Source: Macrostomum lignano
Lineage: Eukaryota
Length of the DNA stretch: 64,000 nt
Direction: 5' to 3'
Assembly: GCA_002269645.1 (NCBI GenBank)
Contig: NIVC01001676.1
Span: 1-64,000, forward strand
Below are positions 1 to 14,700 of this stretch, one piece after another (the stretch's first letter is position 1; the number at the start of each line of letters is the position of its first letter). The notes under the pieces are model-generated. The model saw only the letters and a program-made list of their open reading frames with translations, was not told where the DNA came from and made no database searches. A program made the translations under genes and the position numbers.

Positions 1-2
1 GG

Positions 3-298
3 CTGTTCGTCAGCCAGCTGTACTGCGTGCTTGGCGACGACCTGATCGCCGGGAGCGGCTGCGCACCGGCATCGGCCTGCTGATCCTCTGCCGCGGTGTC
101 GGCGTGGCGATCGGCCACCTCTGCTGGGGCAATCAAGGACATCAGCGGCTCCTATAAGCTGTCGTTCTGTGCCCTCGGCGCGGCCACTTTCGCTGCTTCG
201 TCTGCCTGTGCGTGCTGGACGTCGTACTGCTGCTGCGGGGTCGGCGTCAACGATTGTCGAATCCGAAGCCACGACTGTTGAGATCGCCACCTGAGTGA
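3..298 (+). CDS. 3' end (last exon) of monocarboxylate transporter (MFS/SLC16) paralog 1, frameshifted as assembled
   Basis: Aligns codon by codon with 4068-4320 (LFVSQLYC..DLIGRERLRTGIGLLILC.GVGVAIGPPSAGAIKDISGSYKLSFCALGAATFAGFVCLCVLD). Needs about four single-base insertions at GG/CC runs (~48, ~115-120, ~195) to stay in frame; stop TGA 296-298 in the restored frame. Confidence 0.85.
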
Positions 299-1450
299 CG
301 CCTGGCAAGGTTTTGCCTTGTTGGCACGCTTTAGTTTCTGGCAATATTGTAGTTCATTTTATAAGACAATTTCTGCAGAGCTTTCTACTTAGCTTTATGC
401 TAGCTGTTTACGCAAAAGAGCCGCATGTTCGATCGAGTTTGGGTTTTGATTTCCTACTCGTATTGCTAATTTTTGGATCAACTATAAGTAGCACTTGAGA
501 GTTTAAATAGCTTGGCTGTAATAAACATTAATTTTGCGTTTGCGTTCACACAGAGGGTAGTTAATTGTATGATTGGCTCTCGTGTGAGGACTGGATCTCA
601 GTGGAACAGAGTTGGGAACCGGCTTTCCAATCCATCTGCAAAATCGCCCGTTTGCAAGTATTTAGCCGTAAACTGTTTCTAATAGAACTTAGTTAAAATA
701 ACACGGTTGATGAAGTAGTAAAGAAATGAATAAATATTAAAAATAAATGAATGCTTTGAAAAAAAACAGAAATGTCAATTTTTGTACCTTTCTTATTTTT
801 TGTTTCTATTTTTTTGTTTTAGTGTAGCCAATATTTAAATTCAAATTTTGCTTGACGAGCTTTTTTGCTATAACCAGCATTCTAGATGCTTTTCAAACAG
901 CTAGCCCCACAACATTTTAAAGCAAACTGTCCATTTTGGCAACAAATTTATTTGTGCTTTGTCAATTTTTCGACACCATGCACCATGCATATATTGTTTA
1001 TTGTTTTCCAAGATTTTATCTCGATAACAGGCTTTTCTGTATGCAAATTTCAATAGTATAAACTAAAACCATACTTTTGCGTAGTTGATTTACAAATAAA
1101 TTTTATATCATGTAGTCTATTTCAAATAATCGATAACTTTTGGAGCGAGCATGTTTCAAAGAAACAAAATTTTGCAAGAGAAAAGAACTATATGTCCTTT
1201 GATTACTTGCCATTCTTACTGCATTAGCAAAGGTCACTGCAACAGGGCAGATAAACCTTCGCTGTCTGTTTTTTTATCTCTGTCGTAACAGTCTCCTACT
1301 TTCAGAGTAGTTTGTACTTGCTGTCTGGGCTATCGTCAGCAGTGTTAGGATTCTGGGTAGGACTGACTACACATTTGCTTTAATTGTTGTAGAGCTACAT
1401 GTAAATGTAATTACGGCTGCTGTGTGTATTCTGTCTCGCATGCTTAAGTG

Positions 1451-1496
1451 TACTACTACTACTACTACTACTATACTACTACTACTACTACTACTA

Positions 1497-1539
<43 letters not shown>

Positions 1540-1603
1540 ATACAACAACAAACTACTACTACTACTACTACTACAACAAACTACTACTACTACTACTACT
1601 ACT
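1451..1603. repeat. (TAC)n trinucleotide microsatellite
   Basis: Direct reading, with a few interruptions; explains ORF 1422..1640. Confidence 0.97.
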
Positions 1604-2321
1604 CAAACACACGCTCTCACAGGATGTACAGTGGTACTGACTCTCTAGCTCAAGTTGGCGTTCTCTGACACAGTTAACTTGCCGAGACCAATTCCGGCGC
1701 TCCTCCGCAGTGTCGCAGAGGATATTTGTATACAAAAAGCATTTTACTTGTACATTATTTGATAGGCGCTTGCCTCTGCATGAAATCGTATCTGTTAAAT
1801 TTCGGTCATGATCAAACCCTCAGAAATCCGTTCTGAATTGATTCATCAAGTCTTACAGCTAGACCCAGATAGTCTGAATGTCAATTGCAATCATGTTTCA
1901 ACATATATCGCTTGAATATTTGAATTGAAACAAAACGTCCTAGTGTACTTTAATTGGGAATTAAGGAACCGTCGGCATTTGACAATCTAAAGAGCTCCAG
2001 ACTGCCAGAAACAAGTGCAGATAAGTCAACGGACTGGTTTTGTTATGCAGAGAATTGGCGGCGTTGAGCCGCACAATTTCACGCCAAAACTCGTGACTGA
2101 AGAGCAGCGGTTTGTTTCAACTAGGCCTTCTATATCAACTGGTATCGTTTAAAGTTTTCTTTGCCGAGCGCCGATAAAAATTGTTAAAAGTTAACAGAAA
2201 AGCAGAAATGATAAAGTTAGCGAGCGGCTTGAAAAAACCTCGCATAGCTACCATAAAGTTGAGTAGCGGCAATATTTGCTGAGAACTACAAGCTTCAACT
2301 GAGCGATAAAGTGCAACACGC

Positions 2322-4366
2322 ATGTCTCAAAGTGCAGCACCGGACGGTGGCTGGGCTGGATGGTGCTGCTGGCGGGTCACTGCATGCACATTCTGGCCGG
2401 CGGGCTCGACAGGCGTCTGGAGTGTTCTACAGGGAGATCCTCAAAGAGCTGCAGCAGTCTTCTGCCTCCACTGCCGGCTTCAGCGCTTTGCTGTTCGCTT
2501 CCAGGTTCATGAGCGGTGAGTGCATGGTTCAAGTTGCGTTTCAGATTAGATTAGATCAGATTAGAGATTTTAAGAGACTTCAGCGAAGACTGATCTAGAG
2601 CTTGTATTGTATTTGTCTGGCACACAACGTGAGTTATTCAGTTTCTGAGTCCTCCAGCAGCAAAAATGTTTACACCGATAACTTTCAGGCCCCATTACCG
2701 GCGTTCTCTGCAAGTATTTTGGCTGCCGCAGGGTCATGATGGCTGGAGGCCTCATATCCTTCGTCGGCATGCTGCTGAGCTCGTTCTGCCGCAGTCTGTC
2801 GCTCATCTACCTGACCCTCGGCTGCATGACGGGAGTCGGCAACGGCCTCGCCTACACTTCTGGCCTCTTGGCTGTCAACGACTACTTCAGCCGACGCAAG
2901 GCCACCGCCCTCGCTTGGCGACCGCGGGCACCGGAGTGGGCAGCTTCGTGCTGCCTCTGCTCACCCAGTACCTCATCCAGGTGTACTCATTCCGCGGCTG
3001 TATGCTCATTCTGAGCGGCCTGTCGCTCAATCTGGTGTGTGTGGCGCTCTGCTTTACCGCTGCCCGCTGAGAAGAACTTAGCAAATGGAGCACTCGAGGC
3101 CGAGGCTGCAGACGCGACTTCTGAGGCACTCATCGATACAGCAGGTCAGAGTGAAACCGCTGAAAACAAAAACTCCAAGGATTCCACCGGCGAGAAAGTC
3201 CTGGGCCAATCCATGACAACGATCAAGTCAAGGACGTCCCTGGAGCGAAGCGGTCGAGGCTTCTGCATGGAGCTGTGGGCCAACTTCGATCTGAAGCTGT
3301 TCCTCAATCCGTACTTCTGCTTGCTGGCCGCCGCCACTCTGTTCATCTCGTCGGGCTTCAAGTCCGTGGCGGTGATCCTGCCGCACCATGCGCAGCTTCG
3401 CGGTCTGGACGACATGACATCTGTTCTGCTCATATCCATATCCGGTAGGTTCGCATCAAGTATTTATTTAACTATGCATACTTCGTTTTGAAGACGGGTT
3501 TCGCCAAAACACACTACGGAAATAGGAGAGTTCAAATTAACTGCACTAGACGCGCAGTTCTGCACTGACAAGCTGTAAAATGCGCGATGTATGATCTATG
3601 TCCGACTTGCCTTCGATATTATGCTCGTATTATAGATTCGGTCAACATTCGATGCTCGTCCAAATGTATTGGTGTACTTGATGTAAATGTACTTAATTCC
3701 TATAACCCAAAGGCGATCGAAGGTTCGTAAGTCCATGCGGGACTTATGGTATAATAAGCGGATTCTTTCTGCAGTAGGACGTTGCGGTGAAAATTTACTG
3801 TTTTGGGTGCCGTTTTTTAGTGCAGAAATGACTTGATTTCTTTTTACCATCATAAAATTATGCACATTTTCTGCCTAGGCGCCTGCGACACTGTGTCCAG
3901 ATTCTCAGTGGGGCTGTTCTTCGACATCCCCCACCTGGTGCCGCACCGAAGGCGCATCTGGACACTCGGCATGCTGCTCACCGCCTCCAGCATCACAGCC
4001 TTCGTTTTCATGCAAAATTTAATACCGTTCATCCTGATCTCGGGAGCGTTCGGCCTGACCTCCGGGCTGTTCATGAGCCAGTTGTACTGCATGCTGATTG
4101 ACCTGATCGGCAGGGAGCGGTCCCGCTCCGGCATCGGCCTGCTGATCCTCTGCTTCGGCTTCGGCGTGGCCGTCGGACCGCCGACAGCGGGCGCGCTGAA
4201 GGACGTCACGGACACTTACCAGCTGTCATTCTGCGTGCTCGGCGCGTCCACCTTCGTCGGCTTCGTCTGTCTGTGCGCGCTGGACGTCGCGCTGATGACG
4301 CAGCGACGACAGCGACGGCGGCTGAACTTGAACCCTACCCTGGATATTTCCGTAGATCAAAAGTGA
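2322..4366 (+). CDS. Monocarboxylate transporter (MFS, SLC16/MCT family) paralog 2; exons 2322-2515, 2689-3444, 3879-4366; about five 1-nt frameshifts in exons 1-2
   Basis: MCT N-terminal motif PDGGWGW (restored by one G at ~2355), GPITGVLCKYFGCRRV, YFSRRKATALGLATAGTGVG, FDLKLFLNPYF, 12-TM-like hydrophobic pattern. Introns are GT-AG with phase 1/1 (2516-2688; 3445-3878). Confidence 0.9.
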
Positions 4367-5611
4367 CAAACCTTTCATTGCCACTTTTTCTTATTGATAG
4401 TAGCCCGATCAATACTAAGTGTCCAAGGCACAGATTCTAGTTTCACGGATTGCTAAATGCAATTTGGGAAACTACTGGGGCAAAACTGTTCTATGGTGCA
4501 TTAAAATGCCCAATGTCTGGGAAAATACTGGGCAGATCAGTCGAGATTCGAGCCAAGAGGTTTGGATGACAGTTTGACCTTTTGCCCGTTTCTGTGCCAA
4601 AAATTCAATTACCCATCTTGGTGTTTAGTACTGATCGGTAATAGGATGCTCGCTAAGAAACAAACATTTTTCCCGTGCCGCATTCCAGTGCCGCATCCAC
4701 CCATCATCAGTCATTAACTGATGCTAGTAACCGTTCAGAATACAACAAAACTAATAGGTGCTAAAACGAAGTAACTCGTAGAAGATATATTTTACTCGTA
4801 AATCTGAAAACAATAGCCAATCTTATTGTCAAAATTTATTCTAGACCTGCCTCGGTCGTGTGTTGAAGTTGACCATGATCGGCGCTACTGTCTTTTTACA
4901 CACTCATTTTAGTGTAGTGGACTAGCAACCTTGACACCCCGTTGGGCAGTCAACAAAGAAAGGGAAAAATTGATAAACTCTATATAGCTTTTGACCTTGT
5001 ACAGTCACTATTGCTAGTTTCTTAGGAAAAATGATGTTTAAATCAAAAAATTATCAGCCGTAAAAGTCAGTTGTCTAGCATGAGATATCAGCATCTTCTT
5101 CGAGTTTCGGCATCAAAGCCTCCTTTTAAGCTATGGCTTGACCCTAACTCTCCCGTTGATGCTTACCCTACCAACAACTCCCAATTGACCCTTTTGGCAT
5201 CCCCTCGATTTCAAAACTTAACGATTGTGATGATGTGAAAATTTTCGAGTTTATTGGATTTCACGCTTGTGAACCCTCGTGCTGCGCGTCTAGCCATTTT
5301 GACAGGAAAATTCCGTTTTCTTTCACTTAATTGACCGAATTTAAAGACTAATTGCAAGCATAAAGGCTCAATCTAGCTTAATTTAGGTCTGATTCTAGTT
5401 CTACCAGTTCGACTTTGTAGCGGAAAAATAAGTTTAATTCGGTGGCTCATTCCACGCATGTAGAGAAGACTTTATAACTTTTTAATGAGGAAGGACTGGG
5501 TAGATTCGGGCGTAGACAGCCTGCGAAATTTGTTTAATCAGTGCTGCAATTCACAATCACGTGGAACTTTTACCATAGGCGCCAAATAAGCGAGTCTAAG
5601 GGGTAGAGAGT

Positions 5612-5852
5612 GGGCTGGGCCGTAGCCCAGTGGTCTGGCGCGGTGCTCTTACGTGCCAGCGGCCCAGGCTCGATTCCAAATGCAGCCGCTGTACACTCCT
5701 GTGTGAGTGTGTGCCTGCGTACGTATCCGCGCGCTTGTGTGCCTGCTCAGGGGAGTCGGCGGAATGGGCAGCAATGCCTCTCGCTGGTTGTGTGACAATG
5801 TCGCTTAAAGTGCGCCAGGGTGCACACAGCCCCCAGCCCATAATAAAAAGGA
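5612..5852 (+). mobile_element. tRNA-derived SINE (family A) with probable 9-bp TSD
   Basis: A-box TAGCCCAGTGG 5623-5633, B-box GGCTCGATTCC 5667-5677, A-rich tail TAATAAAAAG ~5841-5850, direct repeat GTAGAGAGT at 5603-5611 and 5853-5861. Confidence 0.7.
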
Positions 5853-6789
5853 GTAGAGAGTTTGCTTTTAATAATCACGATCAGTGCTGACTAATTTGTA
5901 ATAATTAGTCATTTCTGATTTATTTTGGACTTTTTATTAAATATTTATTACGTAATTCAATTCCCGTTTGGCTGAGAAAACAAACAAGTCAAATCTATAT
6001 TCAAGTGGTCTCATATTTGGAGCTATAAAGGTCAAATGAATTCAGCATTTCCAAAGAAGATTCCTATCTAAAAAGTACAAAATCCCCAAAAAATAGTAGC
6101 TAAACATCATTTTCCTTTGGAGTCTAAAAATAGTGACTGTAGATTGAAAGTCTTAACCTATGTGTAGCTTATTCAAATGCGTTTAGATCCCTTTCTTAGC
6201 TGCCTCCCTAACTCCCGATTGGGGTCTCAATTTCCAATTCTGAGTGTCGAAGTAACGGTAGACGATACTACTGAATCAAAAGTAGCTTAATAGCATACGA
6301 GCTTTTGGTATTAAAATAAAAATACACTTTCATTTAAATTTTCTCGTCTATACATTCATACACTTTCATGTCCATAGTGGAGACGCAGATACTTTAAGTA
6401 GCAAGTAAGGCATTTTTCGAAATTTTTTATGTTACACAACTTAACAACTCTGAAAAGATGGAGAACTTCGACAGCTTTGTTTTTCTACTGTCTTTGTCTC
6501 TTAAAAATCTTAAAAATTTAGAAAGACCCAAGCATTTTGCCGCTTACTTTGGGGTACCTCAATATTTGACGAACTCAACCTACTGAGTTTTGGTTTCTGC
6601 CTGTCAATGTCTTGGACTGGGAGATTGGGAAGCTCCCCGAGAGAGACGGGATGAAGGCCTCTCCATGTGTTGTACCTTCCTCGGCCTTTTGAATAATTAA
6701 TTGATTTGTACGAGGGGTGGGCGCGTCCGGCTGAAGGGGATTAAATAAAGCTCTAGTGGGGCCGCTTAGCGGGGAGGCGGAAGCTGGAG

Positions 6790-9097
<2,308 letters not shown>

Positions 9098-10191
9098 GCA
9101 GATATATTATGTTAGATGACCCCGATTTTTTAATTGTAGCCCATATTTAAAATTTACGTTTTTCGTAAACGATGAAATGAAAATTTTACATTATGGTTAA
9201 AAAATTAACGGCAGTATTTACGGTAATCAATTTTAACAAAAGATTTTTGATAGGACTAGCGAAAAATTTTTTATAAAAGCGTCATTTTTAATCGTGTCTT
9301 TAATCGTGTCTAAGCGTTAATCGTGTTTGTTAAGGTTCAAAATTAAAAATTTATCGCCATTGTTAATATCGTCAGAGTAGAAAAAAAGCAAAATAACTAT
9401 AGTCAAATTATTTTGAAAATTTTCCATGTGGTACTTTTTTAATTTTTATGATTACCCCATTGATGCAATCAAGATAAGTGAATTCTTACATTTACTTTAT
9501 CTTACAACAAATTCACAACCTAATAAGTGAGTCTTGAAAAAGTTTATTTAAAGATAAAACTATTTTTATATTCGCGCGTTTCATTATACGTATAAAAGTA
9601 AAATATTTTAAATCAAGAATAATTAATTATTTAATCGTTAGACTATTTATTCGGATGCGGCTGGATGCCAAAATATTTCACTTCAAATATAACTAAGATT
9701 TTTTTCTGTCTCCAGGTGAGATACATTATAAATTATCAAATTATTTACTTCTAGGAGAGAAAAACATTTTTTTTTACTTTTTTAATGTCCTTTTCGATCC
9801 GGACTTCAATCCAGAATACCTTTTGTGAGTTGGTTAAAACGTGAAAATAAATCAGTTAAAATCAATTGAAACGCTATATAGTGACCGTGCATTATTAATG
9901 ATAATTTTATCTACTCAGAAAAACACAGAGGCCTAAATATTTAACAACACAAGTAAAGCGCTTCTGTACAGTAGGAAGTTGGATCAATTTTCTTACTTTG
10001 TTTAAATGAGGTAATAAAAATAACTAGAAATAGCAAAGAAACTGGTTATACTACTTACTATAGTGGTTATAAGAAAATGAATATGTAGTGAAGAACAAAA
10101 CTCTTTTTGGCAAAGTCCAACAACCCTAAAAGAAAATAAGTAGAAAAATGGCTAAATTCACCATTGGCTCAACAAAATGTTGCTCGGGTCG

Positions 10192-10347
10192 CCATCACAA
10201 GCTCGAAAAATCACATCGTCGAACACTGATTTATAGCAACCACCATCACAAGCTCGAAAGGGGTAGGGTTAGGCTTGTGCCTTTTCGAACTTTGATGATG
10301 GTTGCTAAATCAGTTTTCGACGATGTGATTTTTCGAGCCTGTGATGG
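10192..10347. repeat. ~70-bp imperfect inverted repeat (foldback/MITE-like hairpin)
   Basis: Left arm ~10192-10261 (CCATCACAAGCTCGAAAAATCACATCGTCGAACACTGATTT...) is the reverse complement of right arm ~10280-10347; the loop contains TAGGGTTAGG. Confidence 0.85.
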
Positions 10348-10578
10348 GCCCCAACAAAATTAGTGGGGGGACTTTTCAAGTACAGAGTCAAAATAAATGA
10401 TCACAGCTTGTTATAGAATTTTTAAATAGAATAGTAAAAGAGGCCGCACAAAACCAAGCGACGAATGAAGCTCACCTGAAGATTCATAACAGCTCTTCGG
10501 ATTTCCCATCTACCCAGGATTTCTCGCCTGATCCGCGAATTTTCTGAACAAACAAAAAAATCAGCACTTAAAGCTACA

Positions 10579-11704
10579 CTATACTACGTAGTCAGTAGTC
10601 CCGTGCAGCCGCCGCACCGCAGCCTCGGCAAAGCAGGCGGCGGCCAGGGCGGCAAACGGCTGCCAGTGCAGGCCCTGCTCTCCTGTGTGCGAGTCCGCGC
10701 AGCCCCGGATCAGCAGGAAGGAGTCGCAGCGGCTGCCTAACGCCGACTCCAGCACTTCGTCGAATCCGGCGTCCGCTCCGATCACCTTCGAGGTTGTGTT
10801 CGAGGCCAGCCGGTCGGCGGCGCCGGACAGCGCACCGCAGGACACGGCGCCGAAAGCGACATTCGGCGCAGCGACGGTGGTCCTCGGCGGCCGAGCGAAC
10901 GCTGGCGCCTCCGCGGCCAGTGACTCCAAGATGGACGTCCAGTTGATGGCCTCCTCTGCTTTGTCCTCGACGGGTTCAGCGGCTGCTCGCGCGGCGGTCA
11001 GGAGGCGCCGATCCACAGACCGCCAGCTGCGCCCTCTGGCGACGTCCAAGTAGTCTCCACCGACGTCGCCAGCGTCCCCATCGCCGATAAAGACGTCGCC
11101 GAGTCGGCAGGCGCCGGACGGGGAACCGCCGACGCCGACCAACAGGAGATGCTCGACGTCCTGGAAGACGCCCAGCAGGCGGGTGACGACGTTTCCACAG
11201 GCGACCCGAGCCTGGAGGCCGTCGGGCGAGCCAACAACCGCCGGCAGCTTGGTGCTGACCACACGACGCCTCCCAATGCGGCCCAGGGTGTACACGTGCG
11301 AGTCCCGGCCGCCGCCGCGGGTCTCGTACTGTACGAAGGACTCCTTGTCCAGCGTCACCGCGTCCAGCGCCCGTTTCTCGCACATCAGCCTGGTTACCAT
11401 GGCAACGGTTGGTCGGGCCCGCCGCAGCAGCTGCAGGTCGGCGAAGTTGGCCCGGTTGAAGCTGACAACACGGCCCATGCCCCAGCGGTCCGCGCCGCTC
11501 TCTGACTGCGACGGCTGTTGCAGCTTCTTGTTGCCGATTTTGCTGCTTCTAGAAATTTCGCTACCTTCCGGCTGCTCCTCCTGCAGCAGGTAGGCTGTGC
11601 CGCCGGGCACCGGCCGCATGAACAGCCGGCGCTGCGCCACCAGCTCGTCCAGCGCCGATTCTGTGGCGCCCCGATCCGAGCTTGAGTCGGCCGACTCGAT
11701 GGCT
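10579..11704 (-). CDS. Terminal exon encoding the purine/uridine nucleoside phosphorylase superfamily (PNP_UDP_1/MTAN-like) domain
   Basis: PTVAMVTRLMCEKRALD...VYTLGRIGRRRVVSTKLP...GNVVTRLLGVFQDVEHLLLVGVGG...RLGDVFI...FLLIRGCADSHTG...WQPFAALAAACFA are typical of this fold. Acceptor CAG precedes 11704. Listed separately in case it is an independent gene. Confidence 0.82.
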
Positions 11705-14700
11705 CTGTCGGTTGGAGCAATCGTTGTTGCTTTTGTTTGCTCAATAGCTTTTCTTCATGATTCTGGTTCACGTGATTCAGGATCACACTGACTGTCGGTT
11801 AAGCAATCCGGGATCACTAACTTCCGGTTCACTTGATCTGGTACTATTAACTTCCAATTCACTTTATGTGGGATCACTGAGTTTCGGTTTAGCAGAACCA
11901 GGATCACTAAATTCTGGTTTAGCAGAACCGAGATCATTAACTTCCGGTTTAGCAGATCCGGGATCACTAACTTCCGGTTTAGCAGAACCGAGATCATTAA
12001 CTTCTGGTTTAGCAGAACCGGGATCACTAACTTCCGGTTTAGCAGAACAGGGATCACTAACATCCGGTTTAGCAGATCCGGGATCACTAACTTCCGGTTT
12101 AGCAGATCTGGGCACAGAATATATTCTGTGGATCTGGGATCACTGACTTCCGGTTCAGCAGATCCGGGATCGTTGACTTCTGTTTTACTTGATCCGGGAT
12201 TATTGACTTCCGGTTTCCGATGATTCGTCCTCATAAAAATTTTAGTTTTCAAGTTTCCAGGCCATATGCTTCTGGTACATAAACTTAGTGAGAGCCTCCA
12301 GTTTTGTCAATAACAGGAAGAGAAAAAATGCCCCCCACACGTTTTTTTAGGCTGATACAGCTGCGAATCTCACCCGACAAGTTCGTTCCGATTGAGCACA
12401 TTCGGGAACGCCGCCTCCACTAGGCTGACCAACTGGTCCTGAAGGCGCTTCGCTTCTGAAATTTAAATGATGAATTCTAACAAATTGCTAGTGGGACAAA
12501 AATGGGCTATTAAACCCTGAATTTGGAATGGGGAATTCGGAATCTGTCGAAGTCTCACCGAGCTCCCGATTTCTCTGTTCGAGTTCGGCCGCCCGATTCG
12601 CCCGCTGCTCGGCCAGCGCCTCGGCCGTCCGTCGCTCCCACTGTTCGGCATCCCACGTCAGCGGCTCAAGTCCGTCGATGGCCGCTCGGCGCCAATTCTC
12701 GCGCTGCCAACGGCGCCGCGACTCGCTGCGCGCCAGTTCCAAGCTCGCCCGACGCGCCGCCGCGCCTTCGCCCTCCACGACAGCTTCGGCGCCGGCTTCG
12801 GGCAGCAGCTCGAAGGCCAGCAGCGGCACCTCCCGGTCGGTGTCGCCAGCGGTTCGTGTCACCACCTTCAGACTCCGTCGCCTGCTGGCCGAGTTGCCGG
12901 CCTCCTGATCCAGTCGCAGGCTGCTAAGACCGGCCGGATCCGCCGCTTCGAACGGCAGTCGCCATGCCGGCCCGCCCCTGTCCTCCACGACTAGCGCCAG
13001 GAGGCTCCGACGCTCTGACGACGGCTCCAGCGACGCCAGACGGATGACGGTGGGCCGCTCCGAGCTCGACACTCGACGATTCAGCGGCTCAAGCAGCTGG
13101 AAGTCGCTGGCCGCGGCCGCATCGAGGACTTGCGGGAAGGCGGCCGGCGGGACCAACGCGGTGCACAGTGAGCGCAGCAGGAGCAGGCACAGCGGCTGTT
13201 CCACCTCCGTCTCCGTCGGCGCCGCCACATCCGCGCTGGCGTCGACTTCTTCGCGTCGTGGCAGAACCCGGATGTCGAGCAGGTAGTTGCCCGGCTGGGG
13301 GAAGCGGATGTGCACCTGGAGAGGCAGGCGGAGACAAGTCATTGTAGTTGGCAGGGGGATCTTGCAAAGCGAGTCTTATGAAATCGTGTACTTGATTTGC
13401 CGAACCTGAAATCCTTCGGGCGCGCCGTTGACCATGACAAAGCTGCTCAGCGGCTCTGCCAGCAGGTCGCCAGGCCGCAGTCGCTGTAGGATCGCCCGAG
13501 CCACGTAGCGGCCCTGCGTTCTGAACAGCAGCGTCAGCTCGGCCTCGTGTCGCAGGCTCAGGCACGGCTCCCCCCCGCCTCCGGGCAGCGTCGGCGACTT
13601 CAGCTGGATTTCGTCGGTCAGGCGTCTCCTTCCGAGCCGTCGCTGCTGCTGGTTGTCGACGTTGGCGGGCCAGCCGAGCAGCGAGTCGCAGCCGGGCAGG
13701 CCGAGGTGAGCACCGGAGGCGGCCGTGTCGGCGACCAGCAGCAGCTCGCAGAGCGGTCGCAGCCTGGCGGCGTCGCGCCAGATGGTCACGGCGAACCAGC
13801 CGCTGCGAGGGGCTAGAAATCGAAAGCGGCGGTCTCGGCCAGCGCGCTCCGACCACTGTAGAACATGCCGCTTGAGGCCGTCGCCGGTGTCGGTCGGACT
13901 GTCGACGTCGCCGCCGAATGTGACGCAGCAGGGTAGGGGAGCGTCGGGATTGTCTCCTATGTAGTTCAAGTAAGAGCATGGCGGATGAGTCATAAAGTGT
14001 TTCTCTAGAATCGATGAGTCATAGAAATTTAAACTTTATAGCTGATAAGTCTCATCTGTAGAATGTACACTTCAGAATTAATGAGTCATAGAATGCACAA
14101 TCTAGAACTGGTGAGTCATAGAATGTACACTCTAGAACTGATGAGTCATAGAATGTACAATCTAGAACTGGTGAGTCACAAGTCGCACCCAGCGGATTCG
14201 TAGAGGTCAATAGCCAAGCTGCCTCGCCATCCTCAGCCTCCAGGGTCGCCGCTTCCGCCTCTTCCGGTTGACAGCCCATCAGCTGAACTCCCTCGAGCTC
14301 GGCCTCCTCCGTCAGGCCAAACTCGGCCAGCTGGCCGGCCGGAAAATTGGCCGGCTCCGGTGCCGCGGCCGGGCAGTGAACCACGTAGGCTGCGAAGTGC
14401 TCAGTGAGCCAGTCCGGTCCGCGTTGAACTCCAACTCGAAGCTCGAAGCGGCCGGCTAGGGGGGCGAGGAATTTCAGACAGACGCGACCGCTGGCCAGTC
14501 GGATCGGCTTGCTGACTGCGGCGCCGGCTACCGGAGTGCTGCCGGAGTTTCTGCTGCCCACCTGCTCGGCCTTGGGTGCGTGAGTGAATTCATGAGTGAG
14601 TTCATGAGTGAGTTCATGAGTGAGAGAGTAAGTAAGTGAGTGAGTTCATGAGTGAGTTCATGAGTGAGTTCATGAGTGAGAGAGTAAGTAATTGAGTGAG

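Noticed and set aside
5617-5690. Functional tRNA gene
   Set aside because: A/B boxes are present, but there is no proper acceptor stem or poly-T terminator; it is followed by a SINE body, tail and TSD.
11757-12252. Decapeptide-repeat ORFs (KPEVSDPGSA)
   Set aside because: 30-bp minisatellite within intron 12373-11705.
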